From positions 690,001 to 722,000 of the forward strand of contig NC_007681.1 of NCBI RefSeq assembly GCF_000012545.1: DNA of 32,000 nt, written 5' to 3'. A model generated the notes under the pieces. That model saw nothing but the letters and a program-made list of their open reading frames with translations. It searched no databases and was not told the origin of the DNA. Every line of letters begins with the position of its first letter. The first letter of the stretch is position 1. This document shows positions 1 to 9,544 of this stretch, piece by piece. This DNA comes from Methanosphaera stadtmanae DSM 3091. GTDB taxonomy: Archaea > Methanobacteriota > Methanobacteria > Methanobacteriales > Methanobacteriaceae. The translations under genes were made by a program, and so were the position numbers.

Positions 1-978
1 GATTCTATTGTTGGTTATATTGGTGAGAATATTACATTAACTGCAAGAATTACTGATGAAAATGGAAAACTTGTAAATGGGGGAAATATTGTATTTAAAT
101 TTAATGGTAAAACATTACGTGAAGATGGAAGATTTGACTCCACAGCAAGTCCAATGAAATTTAAAGTTGTAGATGGAATTGTAAAATATATAACAGTTGC
201 AGATGCATATCTTAGAAATGTAAAACACATAACAGCCACATACAGTGGATCATATAATTATGAAAGTTCAAAAGCAGAATATAATCATGTATTACTAAAC
301 AAACGTAGTGCACAAATAAATGTAACAGTTACACCAAACTTCACAAAACAAAATACAAAAATAGTATTCAATGCAACAATCAAAGATGTAACAATAAATG
401 GAACAAATACAAGTATTATAAATAATAATGGAAAAGTAATCTTTAAAATCAATGGTAAAGTCGTAAAAGATGAAGATGGTAATATAATCTTTGTAAAAGT
501 AGTAAATAATTCTGCTAACTACACATATTACATACCAAATGGTATGGCATCAGTATACAACAACAGTGTTTTAAGAAATTATACTGTTGAAGCAGTGTAT
601 GGAAATCCATTATATGATTCAGATACAAGAAATATAACAATATTCAATGTGGAACAATCACCTATTAATATTAATGTAGCAAATATCACAATTAATAAAA
701 ACACAAACAAACTTACATTAAAAGCAAATATCACAGATTATCAAGAAAATCTAGTTGTAGGAACAAATAAGATATGTTTAAAAATTAATGATAAAACATT
801 AACTGATGAATCTAACAATACAATCTACTATTATATAACAGATGGAATAATTGATTTAAGTAATATCACAGTACCAGCAATTAATAATTACCACAATATT
901 ACAATAGTAGCTGGTGAAAGATATGCATATAAATCAAATAAAATCACATCAACAGATATTAATGTAGTAGATAAATAG
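1..978 (+). CDS. Adhesin-like surface protein, C-terminal fragment (5' end lies outside the window)
   Basis: Frame 1 is open from base 1 (DSIVGYIGENITLTARITDENGKLVNGGNIVFKFNGKTLRED...) to TAG at 976-978. It contains three Ig-like modules of about 100 aa with the recurring (V/I)FK(I/F)NGK(T/V) motif. The same module closes the 2459-aa protein at 12789-20168. Asn/Thr-rich. Confidence 0.75.
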   Translation, partial: DSIVGYIGENITLTARITDENGKLVNGGNIVFKFNGKTLREDGRFDSTASPMKFKVVDGIVKYITVADAYLRNVKHITATYSGSYNYESSKAEYNHVLLNKRSAQINVTVTPNFTKQNTKIVFNATIKDVTINGTNTSIINNNGKVIFKINGKVVKDEDGNIIFVKVVNNSANYTYYIPNGMASVYNNSVLRNYTVEAVYGNPLYDSDTRNITIFNVEQSPININVANITINKNTNKLTLKANITDYQENLVVGTNKICLKINDKTLTDESNNTIYYYITDGIIDLSNITVPAINNYHNITIVAGERYAYKSNKITSTDINVVDK

Positions 979-997
979 AATTCATCATCTCCTCCTA

Positions 998-1007
998 TTT
1001 TTTTTTT
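998..1007 (+). terminator. Oligo-T tract (T10), archaeal-type terminator candidate
   Basis: Ten consecutive T residues lie 20 nt after the stop codon of the adhesin-like fragment. Archaeal RNA polymerase terminates at oligo-T tracts. Confidence 0.4.
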
Positions 1008-1085
1008 AAATAAAATTACTTTCAAAATTACTCTAAAATACATATTATAGCTATATATTAGTAGTTATCATATAGTAATTAGAAG

Positions 1086-1671
1086 ATGAAACTTATGACA
1101 GAAACATTAGAAAATATTTTAAAAGCTAATAAAAAGTATTCAGAAAAAATTAAAAATCAAAAAAAAACTACCACATAATGCGAAATTTGCAATAGTAACA
1201 TGTATGGATGAAAGAATTGATCCTGTACAATTTGCTGGACTTAGAAATAATGCACATGTAATACGTAATGCTGGTGGAAGAGTAACTGATGATGTTATTA
1301 GATCACTTATAATTTCACATAAATTACTTGGAACACAGGAATGGTATGTAATACAACATACAGATTGTGGAGGAATGACATTTACAAATAATGAAATCAC
1401 AGAACTTCTATCAGAAAGTCTTGAATCTGCAGAATACGGAGAAAATGGGTGGTATAATCCAAGTAAAGAAGGAGGATCTGCAGAGGGACAATATATTAAT
1501 TTTTATCCAATAGATAATATTGAAAAAACAGTAACTGATGATGTTACACGTCTTAAAAATCATCCATTGGTACCATCTAATATTCCAATATATGGATACA
1601 TATATGATGTTGAAAGTGGGGAATTAATAAAAGTTGACAAGGCCTGTTCCATAGGTACCTCTTGTGAATAG
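1086..1671 (+). pseudogene. Beta-class (Cab-type) carbonic anhydrase, reading frame interrupted in an A9 run
   Basis: The N-terminal 30 codons (MKLMTETLENILKANKKYSEKIKNQKKTTT*) are read from ATG 1086 (or 1095) and stop at 1176-1178. The rest of the enzyme (..LPHNAKFAIVTCMDERIDP...HTDCGG...) is in the +1 frame and ends at 1671. The zinc-ligand motifs CMDxR and HTDCG are both present. The frames join within the A9 run at 1159-1167; deleting one A gives a continuous protein. Confidence 0.7.
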
Positions 1672-1886
1672 ATTCATCTATATTCTTTTTTATTTTTTTA
1701 TGAGTGGTAAAAACTATTTTTTTATATAAAAATTACTACTAATATAACATAACATATTTAAATAAGGTTATATATAAATTATATTATTATTCTTAAGTTT
1801 ACTTATCTAGATTTTATGTATTTTTCATAATTTCATTCCTTGCACTTAAGAAGAATATTCTATATTTTTTAGAGGATTAGATATTT

Positions 1887-2201
1887 TTGAGTAGAAGAAA
1901 ACGACCTAATTGGATAAACACTATAGCACTCGAGAGGATGCAGATACTGTTTGAACAAGCAGAGAAGGAATTTTCAAAACACCCAGAACGATCTGATCGA
2001 TATGTTAAGTTAACTCGTAATATCTCTACTAAATATAATATACCATTACCTAATTATTGGCGAGGAAGGTTTTGTAAAAATTGTAATAAATTCCTTAAAC
2101 CAGGGTCTAACTTAAGAGTAAGACTTTCTAACAACACTATTTCTAGAAAATGTCTAGAATGTGGTGATTTAAAGAAGGTTCCTTACACTAAAAAAAACTA
2201 G
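1887..2201 (+). CDS. rnp4: RNase P protein component 4 (Rpp21 family)
   Basis: 104 aa, basic, with the helical N-terminus IALERMQILFEQAE and the zinc ribbon CKNC...CLECG. TTG start at 1887. Sits in the conserved position at the head of the rps19e cluster. Confidence 0.8.
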   Translation: MSRRKRPNWINTIALERMQILFEQAEKEFSKHPERSDRYVKLTRNISTKYNIPLPNYWRGRFCKNCNKFLKPGSNLRVRLSNNTISRKCLECGDLKKVPYTKKN

Positions 2202-2226
2202 GGTTATATAATAAATAAATGGAGTA

Positions 2227-2496
2227 ATGATTAATTTGAGCAAAGTCCAGAGTAGAAAAGAGATAATGAGAAATTCTTTAAATGCTATTGAAATTAATAT
2301 TGGTAAAAATGGTATTAATGACAATGTAATTGAAGAAATAAAACGTCAATTAAAAGCTGGAGAAATTGTTAAAGTAAGATTTTCTAGAAATATTGCTTCT
2401 AATAAGGACGAATTCCTAGAAACTATTGTTACTAAAACAAAATCTAAGTTAATTGATGTTCGTGGTAATGTAGCTGTATTATATAAGAGAAAGTAA
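2227..2496 (+). CDS. YhbY/CRM-domain RNA-binding protein
   Basis: 89 aa. The IGKNGINDNVIEEIKRQLKAGEIVKVRF pattern matches the YhbY signature IGKxGlt..vi.ei..aL..hELiKVk. GGAG lies upstream of the ATG. Confidence 0.7.
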   Translation: MINLSKVQSRKEIMRNSLNAIEINIGKNGINDNVIEEIKRQLKAGEIVKVRFSRNIASNKDEFLETIVTKTKSKLIDVRGNVAVLYKRK

Positions 2497-2555
2497 TCTC
2501 TAAAAGTATAGGTAAAAACTAAAACATTATAATTTAATAGGAGGCAAATTAAACC

Positions 2556-2993
2556 ATGACAACAGCATTTGATGTACCTGCTGAAAGTTTAATTAGCGCA
2601 GTAAGTAAAGAATTAAAAGAAAATGATAAAATAAACACACCAACATGGGCAATGTTTGTTAAAACAGGAGTTCATAAAGAACGCAGACCTGAAAACCCTG
2701 ATTGGTGGTATGTAAGAACAGCAGCTCTTTTAAGAAGAGTATATGTAGATGGTCCAGTTGGAATTAGTAGATTACAAACTAAATATGGTGGCAACAAAGA
2801 TAGAGGAACTAGTCCTGAAAAATTCAAAAGAGGTAGTGGATCTATTATCAGACATGCATTACAACAATTAGAAGCTGCTGGATATGTTCAACAATCTGAA
2901 GAAGGAAGAACTGTAACACCTGCAGGACAATCCTACTTAGATAATAAAGCAGCAGAAATAATTAAAGATATTCCAGAATTATCAAAATACTAA
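2556..2993 (+). CDS. rps19e: 30S ribosomal protein S19e (eS19)
   Basis: 145 aa. [35 protein letters not shown] is the hallmark eS19 sequence. RBS AGGAGG lies upstream. Confidence 0.92.
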   Translation: MTTAFDVPAESLISAVSKELKENDKINTPTWAMFVKTGVHKERRPENPDWWYVRTAALLRRVYVDGPVGISRLQTKYGGNKDRGTSPEKFKRGSGSIIRHALQQLEAAGYVQQSEEGRTVTPAGQSYLDNKAAEIIKDIPELSKY

Positions 2994-3038
2994 ATTAGTA
3001 AGTTGTTAATGATATGGAAATTAAAGGAGTTGTACTAA

Positions 3039-3395
3039 ATGAGTGATCTTGACGAAATTAGACGTAGAAGAATGGAACAATTAAAACAACAGCAACTTGC
3101 AGCACAACAGCAACAAGGAGCTAGTTTAGAACAGATGCAACAAGAAGAACAGGCAAGGCAACAATTTGAAAATCAGAAAAAGAATGCTTTAAGGCAAATA
3201 TTAACACCTGAGGCACGTCAGAGACTCGCAAACTTAAGATTAACTAAAGCAGAACTTGTAAATGCTATTGAAATGCAATTAATTCAAATGGCACAAGCTA
3301 AACGTTTACAAATTCCTGTTACCGATGCAACACTCAAACAAATCTTAAGAGAAACAACTAGTAATAAACGTGAAATTCATATCACACGAAAGTAG
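3039..3395 (+). CDS. PDCD5/TFAR19-like DNA-binding protein
   Basis: 118 aa with a Gln-rich helical N-terminus followed by ILTPEARQRLANLRL, typical of archaeal PDCD5 homologues. Conserved position after rps19e. Confidence 0.8.
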   Translation: MSDLDEIRRRRMEQLKQQQLAAQQQQGASLEQMQQEEQARQQFENQKKNALRQILTPEARQRLANLRLTKAELVNAIEMQLIQMAQAKRLQIPVTDATLKQILRETTSNKREIHITRK

Positions 3396-3424
3396 AATTT
3401 TAATATAATATATGATGTATTCTT

Positions 3425-4015
3425 ATGAAAGCAGCTGTATTATATAGTGGTGGTAAAGATAGTTCATTAATGGCTGTTATATTAGACAGACTTGGATATG
3501 ATGTAGAATTAATTACAATTAATTTTGGTATTTTTAATTCAAGTATTCCTGCACAAGAATCTGCTAAGAGTTTAGGTTTTAAACATAAAGTTTTAAATCT
3601 TGATAAAACAATTCTAACAGATGCAGTGGATATGATTATTAGAGATAATTTTCCAAATAATGGTATTAATCATATACACCATATGGTTCTTGAACATTTA
3701 GCTGATGAATATCAGGTAATTGCTGATGGAACAAGAAGAGAGGATAGAATTCCTAAACTTAAATTTTCTGAAATTCAAAGTTTAGAGGATCGTAAAGGTA
3801 TTCAATATCTTAATTTAACAGGTATTGGATATAAAACCATAAATGATACTAGTGATAGATTATTTACTCTTCAAAAATCAGAAAGTAACATACATAATAG
3901 TTCTGATTATGAAATGGAAATTCGAGTCTTACTTAAAGAGAAGGGATATGACACTAATGAAATTTTTCCACAACATATTCAATCAAGAGTTATAGGATGG
4001 AAGGAAAATGAGTAG
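3425..4015 (+). CDS. PP-loop (SGGKDS) ATP pyrophosphatase family protein
   Basis: 196 aa with an N-terminal [12 protein letters not shown]-loop motif. Sits in the conserved archaeal neighbourhood between the PDCD5-like gene and rpl39e. Its exact function cannot be assigned from sequence. Confidence 0.6.
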   Translation: MKAAVLYSGGKDSSLMAVILDRLGYDVELITINFGIFNSSIPAQESAKSLGFKHKVLNLDKTILTDAVDMIIRDNFPNNGINHIHHMVLEHLADEYQVIADGTRREDRIPKLKFSEIQSLEDRKGIQYLNLTGIGYKTINDTSDRLFTLQKSESNIHNSSDYEMEIRVLLKEKGYDTNEIFPQHIQSRVIGWKENE

Positions 4016-4163
4016 AAATAAAGATTTACCTAAAAAATTAAGATTAGCTAAAAAAACTAAACAAAACAGAAGAGTTCCTATCTTTGCTATGATGAAAACA
4101 AATAGAAAATTAAGAACTCATCCACAAGCTAGACAATGGAGTAGAAGTAAAATAAAAGTATAG
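4008..4163 (+). CDS. rpl39e: 50S ribosomal protein L39e (eL39)
   Basis: Absent from the ORF track (51 aa): [51 protein letters not shown], stop TAG at 4161-4163. The ATG overlaps the end of the upstream gene by 8 nt. Confidence 0.88.
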   Translation: MSRNKDLPKKLRLAKKTKQNRRVPIFAMMKTNRKLRTHPQARQWSRSKIKV

Positions 4164-4218
4164 GCTTATGGCTTTATAATTTTTATTTTATAAAATAAAC
4201 GTATAGGAGTATAATAGA

Positions 4219-4464
4219 ATGGAAAGAATTTACACAATTCCTCTAAGGGATGTTAAAAGAGTACCTAGAACAAAAAGGTCACCAAAAGCAATGAAATACA
4301 TTAGAGAATTCATTCAAAAACACATGAAAGCAGAAGACGTTATCATTGATCAAGCTATTAACGAAAAAGTATGGGAAAGAGGACGAGAAAAAATCCCATC
4401 AAAAATTAAAGTTAAAGCTGTTGAAGATGATAAAACAGTAACAGTAACATTAGTAGATGAATAA
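4219..4464 (+). CDS. rpl31e: 50S ribosomal protein L31e (eL31)
   Basis: 81 aa. [30 protein letters not shown] is characteristic of eL31. RBS GGAG lies upstream. Confidence 0.9.
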   Translation: MERIYTIPLRDVKRVPRTKRSPKAMKYIREFIQKHMKAEDVIIDQAINEKVWERGREKIPSKIKVKAVEDDKTVTVTLVDE

Positions 4465-4691
4465 ATAATTTTTTTACTAAATGCTAACTATGAGATTATT
4501 ATGTTATCTATCTCTTTATCATAAAATACGAGTTACTAAAGATTTAGATAATAATGTATACATGTAACAGAGAACTTAATCACTTCTCTACCTACTTAAA
4601 TATAATCTAAAATATTTTAGAGATGGGTATTTTGATTATATTGATACATATTTAATAAAAAAAATAATAGTACACAGATGGAGTAATAAAA

Positions 4692-5366
4692 ATGATACAA
4701 AAATTTGATATTGATGGAAATCCTAATTTAGGTGTTTCTATTTTGGCAAAGGATAATGTTGCTATAGTTTCACCAGGACTCCAAGATTCATACTTAAAAA
4801 GTATTAAGGAAACATTAAATGTACCAATAATTAAAACACCAATCTGTGGTAGTAATCTAGCAGGAGCATTAATGGCTGGAAATTCTAACGGTCTACTTAT
4901 ATCACCATATGTCTTTTCACATGAATTAGATGTATTACGTGAACATGATATTAATGTTGAAATTATGCCTGATAAATTAACTGCAATAGGTAATATTATT
5001 GTAGCTAATGATAATGGAGCACTAGTAAATCCAAGTTTATCTGATGAAGCTAAAAGAATTATTAAAAATACTCTTGAAGTAGAAGTTGTTGAAACTTCTA
5101 TAGCTGGTTTAGATATTGTGGGTTCATTAGTTGCAGCTACCAATAGAGGCGCATTAGTACATCCAGATGCATCAGAAGAGGAATTAGATTTAGTTGAAGA
5201 TGTATTAGGTGTACCTGCAGAAATCGGTACAGTTAACCGTGGAGTTAAACTCGTAGGAGCATGTATCATTGCAAATTCTAATGGAGTCATTGTAGGAAAT
5301 AAAACTACAGGACCCGAACTAGCAAGGATTGATCAAGTATTTAATTTATTTGAGGGATCATTATGA
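4692..5366 (+). CDS. eif6: Translation initiation factor 6 (aIF6)
   Basis: 224 aa with the five-fold pseudo-repeat pattern typical of eIF6, seen as recurring NxNGxLV(s)P segments ([35 protein letters not shown]). Confidence 0.9.
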
Positions 5367-5587
5367 AAACAAAAATATATAGAGTAAAAGGAAAATTATT
5401 AGATATAGATAAAACTAAACCATTTACACGTGAATTAAAAGGGACCAAAGAAGCAGATGTAGAAGAAAAATTATATTCTGAATTTGGTAGTAAACACAGA
5501 TTAAACAGAAATCAAATAATCTTTGATGAAATTTCTGAAATAACAGCAGATGAAGTAACTGACCCTGTTGTACAAAATTTAATTTAA
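5363..5587 (+). CDS. rplX: 50S ribosomal protein LX / L18Ae (eL20 family)
   Basis: 74 aa. [11 protein letters not shown]...[32 protein letters not shown] is typical of LX. 4-nt ATGA overlap with eif6. Conserved position before pfdA. Confidence 0.8.
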
Positions 5588-5631
5588 ATGTGCCGTTGTA
5601 GACCATTAATTGAAAATGGAGAGTATTTCTT

Positions 5632-6048
5632 ATGGAAGATAGACAAAAATTAGAACAAATGGTCACTGAAATTAACCAATTACAACAACAAGGTGAAACA
5701 ATAACCCAACAAATTGAACAGTTAAATCAGTCACTTGCTGATATTACAACTGCTCAAGAAGCTGTTAAGGGTATTAAAAATGCTACAGGTAAACAAACTT
5801 TAGTTCCTATAGGAGCTGGATGTTTTATTGAAACAGAACTTAAATCTGAAGATATCATAGTAGGAGTAGGTTCTGATGTTGCAATAAAAAGATCACGTGA
5901 AGAAACTGAAAAAACTCTTCAAACTGATAAAGAAGAAGTACAAAAATTAATCGGTTCATTAACTGAACAATTACAAAAAATTAATGAATATATTGCACAA
6001 AAAAGACCTGAAGCAGAAAGATTAATGAAAGAAACAGGAGTACAATAG
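5632..6048 (+). CDS. pfdA: Prefoldin alpha subunit
   Basis: 138 aa with coiled-coil N- and C-termini flanking the central beta-hairpin region TLVPIGAGCFIETEL...VGVGSDVAI. Confidence 0.85.
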   Translation: MEDRQKLEQMVTEINQLQQQGETITQQIEQLNQSLADITTAQEAVKGIKNATGKQTLVPIGAGCFIETELKSEDIIVGVGSDVAIKRSREETEKTLQTDKEEVQKLIGSLTEQLQKINEYIAQKRPEAERLMKETGVQ

Positions 6049-6236
6049 GTACTCTAAGTTTTAACTTCTTTTTTTTAAATAACCATCAAATATAAAACTA
6101 TTTTTCATGGATTTTAATAATAAAATTGATTATCCACAATATTTCGATTCTCATATTAATTGATTTAATAAAGTATTATTAGTTATAAAAGTAATATATT
6201 TAATTAATAGATATTATTATATTTTTTAAAAATATA

Positions 6237-7904
6237 ATGGATGTGAGGAGCTTGTTTGATTTTATAAGAAAACGAATAAATAAGACTATTAAAGATGCAT
6301 CAGATGCTATACCAGAAGAAGAAATGGAAACTAATGAAACAGATACTGAAATTGAAGAAAAAAATGATGTATCTACTGGAGAAAAAGAAATTACTACGGA
6401 TACAGAAGTATCTGATGATAATTCAAAGAATATGGAAGAATCTGAAGAAGATGATAAAGAATCAGACGATGATAAAGAAGAAAATAAGGGAATGTTTAGC
6501 TTTTTTAGAAGAAATAATGATTCTGACAATGATGATGAGTCTAAATCATCTGATGAAAAACCATCTGAGGATATAGTTGGTGATAATCAAGTTAATAAAG
6601 GGGAAATTGTCGAATCAGGTGATGCTGATAAATCAAAAGATAATGATAAAGAAGAAAATAAGGGAATGTTTAGTTTCTTTAGAAGAAATAATGATTCTGA
6701 CAATGATGATGAGTCTAAATCATCTGATGAAAAATCTTCTGATAATATAAATGATAATAATCAAGTTGATAAAGAGAATGTTGAATCTATAGAAATGGAC
6801 GAAAAATCTGAAGAAGAATCTGAATCTGTAGAAAAATCCAAAGAAACTTTAGATACAGAAGACGTTTTAGTAGAAAATCCACCAGATAATATTGAAAATA
6901 ATGAAGATAAAAAAGAAGATAAAGGTCGTTTTGGATTTTTCAGTAGAAATAAAAATAAAGAAGCATCTAGCAATCAAAAAGATGAAAAAGAAGAAGATAA
7001 GTCTGATGATGATTCTGGAAGATTCTCATTCATCACTAAAAAAACAATAAAAGAAGAAGATATTGAAGATATTCTTGAAGAGTTAGAATTTTCATTAATT
7101 GAGGGTGATGTTGCATTTGATGTTGCAGAAAGAATAGTTGAATCTGTAAAAGAAGATTTAATTGGTAAAAAAATTAAACGTCGAGGAGATATGGAACTAT
7201 TCACAACTAATGCTCTTAAAAAAGCAATTACAGAAATTATTGACAATGGATATTATGATTTATTAGGTGATATTGAAAAATCAAAAGAAAAAGGTGAACC
7301 ATATAAAATAATGTTTGTTGGTATTAATGGTACTGGTAAAACAACAACAATTGCAAAAATTGCAACATATCTTGAAAAACATGGATATTCATCAGTATTT
7401 GGTGCATCAGATACATTCAGAGCAGGAGCTATTGAACAATTAGAACATCATGCAAATAACTTAAATCTAAAAATTATTAAACATGAACGTAATTCTGATC
7501 CTGCAGCTGTAGCATTCGATGCTGTAGAACATGCAAAAGCTTCGGGTAAAGATGTTGTACTTATAGATACTTCTGGACGTATGCAAACAAATGCTAATTT
7601 AATGGATGAAATGAAAAAAATCAAACGTGTATCACAACCTGACATAGTAATCTATGTGGGTGATGCTCTAATGGGTAATGATGCTACAGAACAAGCATCT
7701 AAATTTAATGAAGTTATTGATATTGATGGTATTATTTTAACAAAAGCAGATGCTGATGCAAAAGGTGGTGCAGCAATATCAATTGGTCATGTAATTCATA
7801 AACCAATATTATTTATTGGTACAGGTCAATCATATGATGATCTTATGGAATTTGAACCTGAATGGATGATAAATCAAATATTTAATGAGGAAGCAGAAGC
7901 TTAA
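6237..7904 (+). CDS. ftsY: Signal recognition particle receptor FtsY with an expanded acidic N-terminal (A) domain
   Basis: The C-terminal NG domain carries GINGTGKTTT (G1), DTSGR (G3) and LTKADADAKGGAA (G4). The N-terminal ~260 aa are Asp/Glu/Ser/Lys-rich and low-complexity, with repeated basic-aromatic motifs. Confidence 0.9.
   Translation: MDVRSLFDFIRKRINKTIKDASDAIPEEEMETNETDTEIEEKNDVSTGEKEITTDTEVSDDNSKNMEESEEDDKESDDDKEENKGMFSFFRRNNDSDNDDESKSSDEKPSEDIVGDNQVNKGEIVESGDADKSKDNDKEENKGMFSFFRRNNDSDNDDESKSSDEKSSDNINDNNQVDKENVESIEMDEKSEEESESVEKSKETLDTEDVLVENPPDNIENNEDKKEDKGRFGFFSRNKNKEASSNQKDEKEEDKSDDDSGRFSFITKKTIKEEDIEDILEELEFSLIEGDVAFDVAERIVESVKEDLIGKKIKRRGDMELFTTNALKKAITEIIDNGYYDLLGDIEKSKEKGEPYKIMFVGINGTGKTTTIAKIATYLEKHGYSSVFGASDTFRAGAIEQLEHHANNLNLKIIKHERNSDPAAVAFDAVEHAKASGKDVVLIDTSGRMQTNANLMDEMKKIKRVSQPDIVIYVGDALMGNDATEQASKFNEVIDIDGIILTKADADAKGGAAISIGHVIHKPILFIGTGQSYDDLMEFEPEWMINQIFNEEAEA
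6471..6734 (+). repeat. In-frame tandem duplication inside the ftsY A-domain (two 90-nt cores, 174-nt period)
   Basis: 6471-6560 and 6645-6734 match at 88 of 90 nt, and both differences are synonymous (agc/agt, ttt/ttc). Both encode DKEENKGMFSFFRRNNDSDNDDESKSSDEK. The intervening spacers have diverged. Confidence 0.85.
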
Positions 7905-7983
7905 CTCTTTAATTTCTTTTTTTTATAATTAGTTTAGAAAAAGTATATTTGGGGGAGAAAATTGAATTAGTTGGAAAAATAAT

Positions 7984-8661
7984 TTATTTTTTTGTTCCAC
8001 CATACACTGCATTAGAATAATATTTCCATAATACATCTATTTCTTTAAATCCAACTTCTTCAAGTAATTTAATATGTTCCATTAAGGTTATGGGTACATC
8101 ATTATTGTTTCTATTTTTCTTAAATGTCTCAATATCTTCATCTGTACAGCCATTTTCTTTCATATATTTAGAGGTCATTCTTTCATTAAGAATTATATTA
8201 TAATCACTATTTGCTTTTATAACATCAGCATTGTAGAAGACTCCTCCTTCATATAATGAATCATAGATATGTTGATACATATCTTTTTTTGCTTGATTAT
8301 TTGGTATATGATGTAGTGCAAGGGAGGATATAATTGCATCGTATTTATCAATAATATCAATTATAGTAAAGTCTCCTATTACATATTCAATATTATCATA
8401 ATCTGATAATTTTTCCTTTGCAATTTCTATCATTTTCTCTGATAAGTCAAAACATGTAACTTTTCCATTTGGAAATCTTTCTAATACTTTTTTTGTAATG
8501 TTACCTGTTCCACATCCAAGATCAAGAATTCTTGGACTTTCATTATCAGGTATTGCATTGATTAGTGCTTCAATCATTTGATTATAATTTACTAAGTTTT
8601 TTTCAATTGTTGCATCATAATTTTCTGCTACTTCATTAAAATGTTGTTTTAAGTCTGCCAT
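7984..8661 (-). CDS. Class I SAM-dependent methyltransferase
   Basis: 225 aa with motif I ILDLGCGTGNIT, an acidic post-I residue (CFDLSEKM) and ALHH. Substrate unknown. Confidence 0.75.
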   Translation of the reverse strand: MADLKQHFNEVAENYDATIEKNLVNYNQMIEALINAIPDNESPRILDLGCGTGNITKKVLERFPNGKVTCFDLSEKMIEIAKEKLSDYDNIEYVIGDFTIIDIIDKYDAIISSLALHHIPNNQAKKDMYQHIYDSLYEGGVFYNADVIKANSDYNIILNERMTSKYMKENGCTDEDIETFKKNRNNNDVPITLMEHIKLLEEVGFKEIDVLWKYYSNAVYGGTKK

Positions 8662-8683
8662 TTTTTTATTTTCCTCTTTTTAT

Positions 8684-9544
8684 TTATATTAATTCATAAT
8701 GTGATTTTGAATCTATTGCTAAGACAAGTACTACCCCAATTATTCCAATTATTAAACATATAATTAATGATTCTGGTGGTACTGTTACAATTTGAGTCAT
8801 TGGTACACGTAGTGATCCTAACATTATACCAATTAGTGCTGCTACAGTTTCTTGTTTATGATGTTCAAGTAAATACTTTATTACTCTACTCATACCCATA
8901 AATCCTAATCCTGCACCTACAATAAACACAATAATATCACTTATTGCAAATTTATGTAATGCATTGATCATGTATTCATACTGTCCAAGTAGTAATAGAA
9001 GTGATGAACCAGATATTCCAGGTAGTAACATTGCACATATAGCTATAAATCCTGATATAAAAAGGATTGGCAGTGAATGTGCTGCTTGTATTGGATTTAA
9101 TCCTACAAAGATATAACCAAGTATTGCAAAGATAACTGTTATTAAAATTGCTTTTATATTAAATGCATCTAATTGTTTGTATAATATGACTATGGATGCT
9201 AGAATTAATCCAGCAAAGAAGGAGTATGTAAATCCACCATAATTATTTAAAAGAAATGTGATAATTCCTGCCATTATAATCATAGCTAGTGCTATACCAC
9301 AACATAGGGGTATGAAGAATTCAAAATCTACTTCTTCAAGTAATTGTTCCTTAAAACCATTTAAATCTCCTTTTAATAGTGGTTTTAAAAACATTAGTTT
9401 TATATTACTTATTGATCCAATTAACCTATCATATATTCCTGTTATAAGAGCTATTGTACCTCCAGATATTCCAGGCATAATATCAGACACGCCCATTAAC
9501 AATCCTCTAAGAAAGATTGCTAAGATGTTATTTGAATTAACCAT
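8684..9544 (-). CDS. DUF368-family polytopic membrane protein (family linked to polyprenyl-phosphate recycling in bacteria)
   Basis: 286 aa, highly hydrophobic, with the duplicated signatures PGISGGTIALITGIY and LPGISGSSLLLLLGQY that are typical of DUF368. Confidence 0.7.
   Translation of the reverse strand: MVNSNNILAIFLRGLLMGVSDIMPGISGGTIALITGIYDRLIGSISNIKLMFLKPLLKGDLNGFKEQLLEEVDFEFFIPLCCGIALAMIIMAGIITFLLNNYGGFTYSFFAGLILASIVILYKQLDAFNIKAILITVIFAILGYIFVGLNPIQAAHSLPILFISGFIAICAMLLPGISGSSLLLLLGQYEYMINALHKFAISDIIVFIVGAGLGFMGMSRVIKYLLEHHKQETVAALIGIMLGSLRVPMTQIVTVPPESLIICLIIGIIGVVLVLAIDSKSHYELI

Noticed and set aside
4465-4691. 228-bp gap between rpl31e and eif6 with a small hairpin (AGAGAA/TTCTCT, about 4569-4589), considered as a C/D-box sRNA or other ncRNA
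   Set aside because: No C (RUGAUGA) or D (CUGA) boxes are present. The stem is only 6 bp in AT-rich DNA. It is more likely an internal promoter or spacer.
4652-5290. 212-aa ORF on the minus strand
   Set aside because: It is entirely antisense to the well-supported aIF6 gene (4692-5366). Its translation is low-complexity Ser/Thr/Ile-rich with no recognisable motif. This is a typical shadow ORF.
6200-7246. ORFs 6200-6529(-), 6295-6576(+), 6761-6973(-) and 6974-7246(-), overlapping the ftsY A-domain
   Set aside because: These are alternative-frame or antisense readings of the GA/AAG-rich acidic repeat region. They give poly-Ser or poly-Lys low-complexity products. The ftsY frame is continuous with the conserved NG domain.
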